NCBI GenBank assembly: GCA_039630415.1
Contig: JBCNVB010000028.1
Coordinates: 1 to 29,628, forward strand
Source of the DNA: a bacterium
Lineage (GTDB): Bacteria > DRYD01
Reading direction: 5' to 3'
Length of the DNA stretch: 29,628 nt
Positions 1 through 7,867 of this stretch are shown here, one piece after another. The translations under genes and the position numbers were made by a program. How positions within the stretch are numbered: position 1 is the stretch's first letter; the number at the start of each line of letters is the position of its first letter. A model generated the notes under the pieces. That model made no database searches. It was not told the origin of the DNA and was given only the letters and a program-made list of their open reading frames with translations.

Positions 1-1
1 A

Positions 2-265
2 TTTTATGTTTTTCTAGTAGCAACTGGACTTAATGTTATTGCCGAAGATACCTCCTCTACTGGTAATATCGATCTAACTGTTTTACATCAAAACACTGCT
101 TACATATTTGAATTCAAAGTTGACAAAGGACAACCGATTGAACAGATATTAGCTAAGCAGTATTTTAACAAATACTTACATTATGAGCAAATCTTTGCGA
201 TCGGAATAGTTGTTGATTCTTCTTCTAAGTCTGTAAAACATTTCCAGGTTAGAAAAATCAAATAG
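2..265 (+). CDS. AAA-ATPase-like / PD-(D/E)XK nuclease family protein, 3' part only (array copy 1, truncated by window start)
   Basis: Not in the ORF track. Frame from nt 2 reads FYVFLVATGLNVIAEDTSSTGNIDLTVLHQNTAYIFEFKVDKGQPIEQILAKQYFNKYLHYEQIFAIGIVVDSSSKSVKHFQVRKIK, TAG at 263-265. Nearly identical to the C-termini of the next two ORFs. Confidence 0.93.
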   Translation, partial: FYVFLVATGLNVIAEDTSSTGNIDLTVLHQNTAYIFEFKVDKGQPIEQILAKQYFNKYLHYEQIFAIGIVVDSSSKSVKHFQVRKIK

Positions 266-299
266 TTCGGAAAACTTAGTTAGTCAGGGAATCTCTGCC

Positions 300-336
300 T
301 GAAGGAACAAAAATAATCCGTGCATAATTTATCCCT
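300..336 (+). promoter_or_regulatory. Conserved upstream element of ATPase-nuclease copy 2
   Basis: TGAAGGAACAAAAATAA...TAATTTATC-CCT-ATG, matching TGAAGGAATCAAAATAA...TAATTTATC-TTT-GTG upstream of copy 3. Function is inferred only. Confidence 0.4.
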
Positions 337-1851
337 ATGACCAAAAAGTTACCCATTGGTATCAGCTCCTTTGAAAAAATCAGATCGGATAACTACTACT
401 ATGTTGACAAAACTCATTTTATTAGAAAGCTTGTAGACCAGGGTAGTTATTATTTCTTATCTCGCCCTCGTAGGTTCGGTAAATCCCTCTTCTTAGATAC
501 CATCAAATGCGCGTTTGAAGGAAAAAAAGAACTCTTCCAAGGACTATTCTTAGAACAAAATTGGGACTGGGAAGATAACTATCCCACTATACGTTTCTCC
601 TTTGACACCACCTTCAAAAATACAGATCAACTGGAAGACTTTATCAAATCACTCCAACAATACTGGGCTGATTACTATAACATTAAAATTACCTCTAACA
701 ACTTAGGTTTTCGTAACTTTGAACTCGTCGAAAACATATACAAAAAAACAAATAAACAGATAGTTCTACTAGTCGATGAATATGACAAACCTATACTTGA
801 TAACATAGAAAATCCTCCATTAGCTTCCCAAATTAGAGAAATTCTGAAAGGATTCTATCAAATTATCAAACCGCTTGACAAGTACTTAAAATTCGTTTTT
901 ATTACGGGTATTTCTAAATTCGCAAAAGTTTCTCTTTTTAGCGGACTCAATCAACTCAGAGATATTTCCCTTTCCAAAGATTATACGAGTATCTGCGGTT
1001 ATACACATCAGGAACTTGAATCCACTTTTACAGATCTTATAAATTCCCACGAAGAATTGCAAAAAATACAAGAATGGTATAACGGCTATTCATGGAATAG
1101 TGATACATTATACAATCCATACGATGTTCTTTTGTATTTGCAAGAGCGTCAGTTTTTACCCTACTGGTTTGAAACTGGTACACCCTCCTTCCTTATCAAA
1201 ATCCTACAACAAAAACAATTCTACATCCCCAGGCTTGAAAAAACTTATTCAACTGAACAATTACTCTCTCTTTTTGATATCGAAACCATCTTACCAGAAG
1301 CTTTACTTTTCCAATCAGGTTATCTGACCATTAAGCAAGCAATAAAATCTGATGATATAACAGAGTTTGAATTGTCTTATCCAAACAAGGAAGTAAAAAT
1401 AGCCCTTAATACTCTCATCGCACACCACTTTTACTCAGACTCACACATGCTAGTAAAAAATCTCAAGATGATATTTTACAACTCACAACTTGATCAACTA
1501 CTCGTATTTCTCAATACTTTATTTGCTCAAATACCTTTTCAATGGTATACTCAAACTTATCAGTATGAAGCCTTTTATTGTACTGTATTTTACGTCTTTC
1601 TAGTAGCTACTGGACTTAATGTGATCGCCGAAGATATCTCCTCTACAGGTAGCATTGATCTGACTGTTCTTCATCAAAATACCGTATATATTTTCGAATT
1701 CAAAGTTGACAAAGGACAACCGATTGAACAAATCTTAACTAAGCATTATTTTAACAAATACCTACACTATGAGAAAATTTTTGCAATTGGAATAGTGGTT
1801 GACTCTTCCTCCAAGTCCATAAAACATTTCCAAGTTCAAAAAATTAAGTAA
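337..1851 (+). CDS. AAA-ATPase-like domain (PF09820-type) + C-terminal PD-(D/E)XK nuclease (PF08011-type) protein, array copy 2
   Basis: Family signature KLPIGISSF..IR..NYYYVDKT, Walker A-like RPRRFGKS, Walker B LLVDEYD, FSGLN, WYNGY, YNP, YWFETGTP, YPN.EV; nuclease motif E..G.IDL..YIFEFK. Confidence 0.9.
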   Translation: MTKKLPIGISSFEKIRSDNYYYVDKTHFIRKLVDQGSYYFLSRPRRFGKSLFLDTIKCAFEGKKELFQGLFLEQNWDWEDNYPTIRFSFDTTFKNTDQLEDFIKSLQQYWADYYNIKITSNNLGFRNFELVENIYKKTNKQIVLLVDEYDKPILDNIENPPLASQIREILKGFYQIIKPLDKYLKFVFITGISKFAKVSLFSGLNQLRDISLSKDYTSICGYTHQELESTFTDLINSHEELQKIQEWYNGYSWNSDTLYNPYDVLLYLQERQFLPYWFETGTPSFLIKILQQKQFYIPRLEKTYSTEQLLSLFDIETILPEALLFQSGYLTIKQAIKSDDITEFELSYPNKEVKIALNTLIAHHFYSDSHMLVKNLKMIFYNSQLDQLLVFLNTLFAQIPFQWYTQTYQYEAFYCTVFYVFLVATGLNVIAEDISSTGSIDLTVLHQNTVYIFEFKVDKGQPIEQILTKHYFNKYLHYEKIFAIGIVVDSSSKSIKHFQVQKIK

Positions 1852-1862
1852 TATGATTTTTT

Positions 1863-1899
1863 TGAAGGAATCAAAATAACGTAAACCTAATTTATCTTT
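1863..1899 (+). promoter_or_regulatory. Conserved upstream element of ATPase-nuclease copy 3
   Basis: Homologous to 300-336, at the same distance from the start codon. Confidence 0.4.
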
Positions 1900-3420
1900 G
1901 TGAATAAAAAGCTTCCTATTGGTATCAGCTCTTTTGAAGAAATTAGAACCGGTAACTACTACTACATTGATAAAACTTACTTTGTCAAAAAACTTATAGA
2001 TCAGGGAAAATATTATTTCCTTTCTCGTCCCCGCAGATTTGGTAAATCCCTATTTTTGGACACTATCAAATGTGCTTTTGAAGGGAAAAAAGAACTATTC
2101 CAAGGATTATTTTTAGAACGAAATTGGGACTGGAAAAATAGCTATCCTACTATACGTTTTTCTTTCGACACTACTTTCAAAAATACCAATGATCTGGAAG
2201 ATTTCATCAAATCACTTCAACAATATTGGGCCAACTACTACAATATTCAAATAAATTCCAACAATGTCGCATTTCGTAACCTATTACTCGTTGAAAACGT
2301 ATACAAAAAAACTAATAAACAACTTGTCGTCCTAGTAGATGAATATGACAAACCCATTTTAGACCACATTGAAAATCCCCAAATCGCGGCTGAAATTAGA
2401 GAAACTCTAAAAGGATTCTACCAGACAATTAAACCCCTTGATAAATATCTCAAATTTGTTTTCATAACAGGCATATCAAAATTTGCAAAGGTATCTTTAT
2501 TTAGTGGACTTAATCAGCTGAATGATATATCTCTGGATAAAGAATATTCTGCCGTATGCGGATATACTGAAGAAGAATTAATAAGTATATTTGGCAATTT
2601 GATTGAAGAGGGAGAGTTAGAATTAGTAAGACAATGGTATAATGGATATAACTGGCTGGGTGAAAATGTATATAACCCTTTTGATGTGTTACTTTATTTA
2701 CAAAAAAGAGATTTCAGAAGTTATTGGTTTGAAACAGGAACTCCAGCTTTCTTGATAAAAATTCTTCAGCAAAAACAGTTCTATATACCGCAACTAGAAA
2801 AAATAATATCATCTGAGGATTTAATGAATGCTTTTGATATAGAGTATATAGAACCAGAAGCATTACTTTTCCAAACAGGTTATCTTACTATAAAAGATTC
2901 GTTTACCAAAAATCAGCAAACATTTTTTACGTTATCGTATCCAAACTATGAAGTTAAGGTGTCTTTAAATTCCAAAATAGCCTCTCTTTTTACCAAATCT
3001 GCTTCTGTAAAACAAAGGCTTGTCCTGCAACTTATTGATATCTTTGATAACTCTAACATGGAACTTTTACCTGCTTTCTTGAACAATTTATTTGCTCAAA
3101 TTCCTTTTCAATGGTATACCCAAACTTACCAGTATGAAGCTTTTTACTGTACTGTGTTTTATATTTTTCTAGTAGTAACCGGACTTAATGTTATTGCTGA
3201 AGATACTTCTTCCACGGGTAATATCGATCTTACTGTCTTACATCAAAACACAGCATACATATTCGAATTCAAAGTGGACAAAGGACAACCTATCGAGCAA
3301 ATTCAATCCAAGCAGTACTTCAACAAATACTTACACTATGACAAAGTCTTTGCCATTGGAATAGTTGTTGACTCCTCATCCAAAACTGTTAAATCTTTTC
3401 AAATTAAGAAAATAAAGTAA
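1900..3420 (+). CDS. AAA-ATPase-like + PD-(D/E)XK nuclease protein, array copy 3 (GTG start)
   Basis: Same motifs as copy 2. Hand alignment gives about 84% aa identity over residues 1-207 and about 86% over the last 110 aa, with a much more divergent middle. Confidence 0.9.
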   Translation: MNKKLPIGISSFEEIRTGNYYYIDKTYFVKKLIDQGKYYFLSRPRRFGKSLFLDTIKCAFEGKKELFQGLFLERNWDWKNSYPTIRFSFDTTFKNTNDLEDFIKSLQQYWANYYNIQINSNNVAFRNLLLVENVYKKTNKQLVVLVDEYDKPILDHIENPQIAAEIRETLKGFYQTIKPLDKYLKFVFITGISKFAKVSLFSGLNQLNDISLDKEYSAVCGYTEEELISIFGNLIEEGELELVRQWYNGYNWLGENVYNPFDVLLYLQKRDFRSYWFETGTPAFLIKILQQKQFYIPQLEKIISSEDLMNAFDIEYIEPEALLFQTGYLTIKDSFTKNQQTFFTLSYPNYEVKVSLNSKIASLFTKSASVKQRLVLQLIDIFDNSNMELLPAFLNNLFAQIPFQWYTQTYQYEAFYCTVFYIFLVVTGLNVIAEDTSSTGNIDLTVLHQNTAYIFEFKVDKGQPIEQIQSKQYFNKYLHYDKVFAIGIVVDSSSKTVKSFQIKKIK

Positions 3421-3480
3421 AGACCAGGCTTTTTATCCAATGAAAAGGAAGACGGCGAAAAATAATTAATTTGTATAAAT

Positions 3481-5517
3481 ATGAGTAAAAATTTATGGTT
3501 AGCATTGCTAATAATTCTCATAACCTTTGCAATCTCATTAATGAATACTAAAGCCTCAACAGAGCAAACCTTATACTCACCCGAACAACAAATACAACAA
3601 AATGAAATACAAAATCAAACATATGACACACAACAACAAATCTATGAAATAGAAATCGACAAAATAATAATAAAAGGTAACAAGAATATTCCAACAAGTT
3701 CTATCCTAGAAGCCAGTCAATTAACAGAGAATTCAAAGGTTACAATGGAGCAAATATCCGATGCCGTAAACAGAATCTATGAAACAGGCTATTTTTCAGA
3801 TATCGAAATAAACTTCGAAAAAAGTGAAAAAAATAAACTCAATTTAGTAATATACGTTCTAGAAAACCCAATAGTAAAAACAATTCGCTTCTCAGGAAAT
3901 AAAATCCTATCAGATCTAGATCTAATAGAACTAATAAACTCACGTCCAGGTAAAATACTCAACTACAACGTAATAAGAGAAGACATTATAATCATAAATG
4001 AAGAATACAACAAAATGGGTTATATAGGAGTAAAAAACCACGTTAAAGATATTGAAATCTCACCGGACGGCATACTAACATTCCATATACAAGAAGCATT
4101 CTACCCAAAGGAGGTACAAATTTTAGGCAACAAAACTATAGCAACAGATAAACTTCGAAAACTAGTACAAATAAAACCTAACCAACCCCTAAAAAAACAA
4201 GACCTGGAAAACACACTCAACAAAATATATGAATATTACCAAGAAGAAGGATATATGCTAGCAGACATAAGATCAGAAATAGCAGAATTAGTCAAAATAG
4301 AAATCTACGAAGCAATTCTAGAAGATATTGAAGTACAAGGAAATACTAAAACAAAAAAATATGTTATAGAAAAAATTCTGGAAGTTCCCAAAGGTAGAAT
4401 AATAAAAGTTAATAAGCTCAGAAGAGGAATAAGAAAATTGCAACTAGGAGGACTATTTAAAAACGTAGAAACCGACTTCAGAGGAGGAAGTGAACCAGGA
4501 AAAGTAATTCTAATCGTCAAAGTAGAAGAACAACAAACAGGACAAGTAGTTTTAGGAGTAGGTTTTGGAGGTCTACCAGGAAGCAATAGAGGTGGACTAG
4601 CAGGTAGCTTCTCCGTATCCGAAATAAACTACAAAGGTAGAGGACAACAAATATTTACCAACTGGGAAAGAGGTGCTCTGATAAACAACATATCCCTCTC
4701 CTTTTCAGATCCATACTCCCTACCTAAAGACTACTTCTACGGCTTTAACATTCAATCAACAGAACTATTCCAACAAAGAGCTATTGTTAAAACTGACCCA
4801 CTAACAATCGCCTTGTACAAAGATTACAGAACAAATTACGGCTTCTTCTTTGGAAGAAGATTAATAGAAAAAGATATGTCGTATAATATAAACCTATCAT
4901 TTTTGTCTTTCAAAACCTCACCAACACCAACAGAAGAATTTCCAGAAGTACTCCAACCAACCAAAGGAAACTATATATTAATAGGATCTAATTTAGTCAA
5001 AGATGTAAGAGACGATGAATTCTATCCATCAAAAGGAACTTTTTACTCAATCTCCATCGATCACTCAATAAGAAGTACAGGAAATTTAAAAAACTTCTCA
5101 AGAATATCAGGTGAATATAGGAAATACTTCAATTTTAAAAAAGAAAGAGTACTAGCATTCAGAATATTCTTAGGCTTAGCTACCTCTTCCACACCTTTCG
5201 TGTATCAATATACTCTGGGTGGGTCAGATACACTCAGAGGTTATGATTTTAACAGATTCATAGGAACAACAGCATTTATGGTAAACGTAGAATATAGATT
5301 TCCAATAAATCCAAAACTTGAGAATTTTTATGGTGCAGCATTCATAGATTGGGGGGGAGCATTTAGTCCCTCACAAAAAATTAATCTTTCAAAAACCGGC
5401 CTTAGTTACGGCGTAGGAATTCGATTTATCCTACCACAATTCGGATCAATAAGACTCGATTACGCAATCTCCAACGAAAAATCCAAAGTGGCAGTCGGAA
5501 TAGGACAAATGTTCTAA
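3481..5517 (+). CDS. bamA: BamA/Omp85-family outer membrane protein assembly factor (about 4 POTRA domains + beta-barrel)
   Basis: Signal peptide; four POTRA starts (IIIKGNK, IRFSGNK, VQILGNK, IEVQGNTKTK); LGGSDTLRGY loop-6 motif; NVEYRFP; G.IRLDYA; C-terminal GIGQMF. Confidence 0.88.
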   Translation: MSKNLWLALLIILITFAISLMNTKASTEQTLYSPEQQIQQNEIQNQTYDTQQQIYEIEIDKIIIKGNKNIPTSSILEASQLTENSKVTMEQISDAVNRIYETGYFSDIEINFEKSEKNKLNLVIYVLENPIVKTIRFSGNKILSDLDLIELINSRPGKILNYNVIREDIIIINEEYNKMGYIGVKNHVKDIEISPDGILTFHIQEAFYPKEVQILGNKTIATDKLRKLVQIKPNQPLKKQDLENTLNKIYEYYQEEGYMLADIRSEIAELVKIEIYEAILEDIEVQGNTKTKKYVIEKILEVPKGRIIKVNKLRRGIRKLQLGGLFKNVETDFRGGSEPGKVILIVKVEEQQTGQVVLGVGFGGLPGSNRGGLAGSFSVSEINYKGRGQQIFTNWERGALINNISLSFSDPYSLPKDYFYGFNIQSTELFQQRAIVKTDPLTIALYKDYRTNYGFFFGRRLIEKDMSYNINLSFLSFKTSPTPTEEFPEVLQPTKGNYILIGSNLVKDVRDDEFYPSKGTFYSISIDHSIRSTGNLKNFSRISGEYRKYFNFKKERVLAFRIFLGLATSSTPFVYQYTLGGSDTLRGYDFNRFIGTTAFMVNVEYRFPINPKLENFYGAAFIDWGGAFSPSQKINLSKTGLSYGVGIRFILPQFGSIRLDYAISNEKSKVAVGIGQMF

Positions 5518-5518
5518 A

Positions 5519-6355
5519 ATGCAAATCAAAATCTTAAGGCTACAAACACCCACCCAACATTTTGATAAATCATTAATTTCTTTCTTCATACTTGAAGGAT
5601 CAAAAAATCTTCAAATTGTTCAAATCCAAGATGATCAACTAGTATTCCAAATAGAACTGCTAAACAAAGATTCTCAACCTATCCTAGAAAAATTCAAAAA
5701 AATCTTCCCGAATAAACAAATTAGCGTAATTCTAGAAAAGTACATTTCAGTAGAGGAATGGAAAAGAATAAGATTGTCACAGATAAGTGTTGGAAAGCAT
5801 AATTTTAAACCATTTTTTGCAAAATCACCGGATGATCCGCTCGAAACAATATACCTAGACACCTTGGTAGGAGCATTCGGTATAGATAACCATCCAACCA
5901 CACTAATATGCCTTGAACTTATTGACCAACTGGAAAAAACAATACATGAAGCTAATTATATTACGGCAGTAGACTTTGGAACAGGTAATGGGATTCTATC
6001 GTTAGCACTTTCTCGATCAATAAAGTGTATCATCGCTATAGAAATAATCTATACCTATTGTCTCGAATGTTTACATAACACTAAAATAAATAATATTCAC
6101 AACATAACCGTAATTAATTCAGATACTCCAAAAATAGTGAGAAAAACTGATGTTTTGGTAGCTAACATACCTTTGTCAGTATATCAACAAGTACCTGTTC
6201 TAGAAATCAAATTCAAACAAGCAATCATATCAGGTGTAAACTTACAAAATTACACACAATTACTAGCTTTGTTTGAAAATAATAGTATCGAAGTTGAAAA
6301 AGAGATAGAAAAAGAAGGATGGAAAGGATTTTTAGTTAGGAAGAAAAAAGTATAA
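5519..6355 (+). CDS. prmA: Ribosomal protein L11 methyltransferase-like (class I SAM MTase), divergent
   Basis: GAFG..HPTT..CLE, DFGTGNGIL, VANI, IISG and C-terminal EGW motifs typical of PrmA. Confidence 0.72.
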   Translation: MQIKILRLQTPTQHFDKSLISFFILEGSKNLQIVQIQDDQLVFQIELLNKDSQPILEKFKKIFPNKQISVILEKYISVEEWKRIRLSQISVGKHNFKPFFAKSPDDPLETIYLDTLVGAFGIDNHPTTLICLELIDQLEKTIHEANYITAVDFGTGNGILSLALSRSIKCIIAIEIIYTYCLECLHNTKINNIHNITVINSDTPKIVRKTDVLVANIPLSVYQQVPVLEIKFKQAIISGVNLQNYTQLLALFENNSIEVEKEIEKEGWKGFLVRKKKV

Positions 6356-6388
6356 TAAGTAGGCGATACCTTAATGTGAGTCTATTAA

Positions 6389-6460
6389 GGGGCTGTAGCT
6401 CAGTGGGAGAGCGTCTGCTTGGCGTGCAGAAGGTCGGGGGTTCAAGTCCCCTCAGCTCCA
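6389..6460 (+). tRNA. tRNA-Ala (anticodon GGC), CCA not encoded
   Basis: Cloverleaf: acceptor GGGGCTG/CAGCTCC with G3:U70, discriminator A; D-stem GCTC/GAGC; anticodon stem TCTGC/GCAGA with loop TTGGCGT; T-loop TTCAAGT; followed by TTT. Confidence 0.97.
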
Positions 6461-6500
6461 TTTCTCACTAACACCCACACTAAGGAGGATTACCACAAAC

Positions 6501-6890
6501 ATGTTTTTTCACAAAAAACAAAAAGAAACATCTAAAATGAATGAAAAAGAATTCTGGAAATTTAGAGGCAAAAACTGTCCTTTTGCCAAAAAAGTCAAAA
6601 AAGTTAAAGATAACAAAGTCCAAGAGGTATTCATGTGCTACGCATACATAGAAAAATTCGAACTAGATCCCCAATTCGAAACCTGTAAAAAATGCACAGT
6701 ACCAGAGATAATAATATCCAATCCAACAGCTTGCAAAAACCTCTCACCAATGGATATGAAAGGTAAAAACGGTTCTACAAGATATTATTGCTTGGTTCTT
6801 AAAATAAAGGATCTAGAGGTAAAAAGATGTCTTCCACAATTTTGCAACCACTATGCCCTAAGACCTAAAGATCAATCTTTCCAATCCTAA
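6501..6890 (+). CDS. Hypothetical basic Cys-rich protein (8 Cys, two 4-Cys modules), possible metal-binding
   Basis: AAGGAGG SD at 6482-6488; Cys spacing C-x19-C-x15-C-x2-C and C-x18-C-x12-C-x4-C. Confidence 0.7.
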   Translation: MFFHKKQKETSKMNEKEFWKFRGKNCPFAKKVKKVKDNKVQEVFMCYAYIEKFELDPQFETCKKCTVPEIIISNPTACKNLSPMDMKGKNGSTRYYCLVLKIKDLEVKRCLPQFCNHYALRPKDQSFQS

Positions 6891-6904
6891 AGAGATCCAA
6901 ATTT

Positions 6905-7867
6905 TTATACCAATTCCTTAAAAACGTTTTTTATCTGAGCTGTCACATTGGCTTCAAACGCATGTATAGGCTGGCTTAACTCATACTTTACATAAAACCT
7001 ATCTACCATCATAGTAAAAACTTCTCTAAACTTAGACTCCAATACCTCCTCATCCAAACCCTTATAAACACCAACCTTATTAAGAAATTCCAAAATAACA
7101 CTAACATATAATTTCAAACTCTCTTCAGAAAGCCTTATGAAATCAACTACGTCAGAAAAATACTCAAAGTACATTATATGAGGCAATAGAAAATTATTAA
7201 TCTTTTTATTCAAAACCAACCCTTTTAAATACTTAAATGACTCAACGTATAAAGTATAGCTTGTTAAAAATTCAGGTAAAACGAAGTTGAACTTGTAATT
7301 TGGTACACCCATGCTCTCGGACATTACCAAACAGTTATAACTAGCTATATAGTAAGAGATAGTATCCTTAGTATGTCCAGGAGTATTTATGGCTTCAACA
7401 CCCTCTATCAACAAACTCCTCTGCCCTTCAGAAAAACTTATAGGCACACTTAATTCAAAACAACTAAAACCAACTTCTGGGATATTGTGAAACTTTAATA
7501 CCTCCTGAGAATCTAACAAATCAAACTCTGATATAGTTTTCAATGCATTCTGGGAATTTAAAACTTTATTTATCCTTTCACTACCATATATGACAGTATC
7601 GTTAAAGAAAGATAAGATAACCCCAACCCCACCTAGATGGTCATAGTGAGAGTGAGTCAGAAATAACTTTTTATCCCACTCAATATTTTTCAATTTCTGA
7701 CACAACAAGTAAGCCCATGCACTAACACCACTATCAAACAAAATCCCATCTACCAAATAAATAAAAGTATACGAAGAACCTAACACCTTCCCAAATTGAG
7801 CATCTTTAACAATAAAATCCTTCAGATATCTTTCCCTAATAGATGTATTGTACTGTATGTTCATCAT
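6905..7867 (-). CDS. MBL-fold metallo-hydrolase
   Basis: FDSG, THSHYDHLGG (HxHxDH), TPGHT, LPH motifs. Confidence 0.85.
   Translation of the reverse strand: MMNIQYNTSIRERYLKDFIVKDAQFGKVLGSSYTFIYLVDGILFDSGVSAWAYLLCQKLKNIEWDKKLFLTHSHYDHLGGVGVILSFFNDTVIYGSERINKVLNSQNALKTISEFDLLDSQEVLKFHNIPEVGFSCFELSVPISFSEGQRSLLIEGVEAINTPGHTKDTISYYIASYNCLVMSESMGVPNYKFNFVLPEFLTSYTLYVESFKYLKGLVLNKKINNFLLPHIMYFEYFSDVVDFIRLSEESLKLYVSVILEFLNKVGVYKGLDEEVLESKFREVFTMMVDRFYVKYELSQPIHAFEANVTAQIKNVFKELV

Noticed and set aside
2-3420. Diversity-generating retroelement (TR/VR) explanation for the similar 3' ends
   Set aside because: No reverse transcriptase in the window, all three repeats are coding, and differences are mostly synonymous and not adenine-specific.
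6440-6900. tRNA-Ala as integration site of a genomic island
   Set aside because: No integrase and no convincing duplicate of the tRNA 3' end; the 8-nt CAGCTCCA match near 10518 lies inside the symporter CDS.
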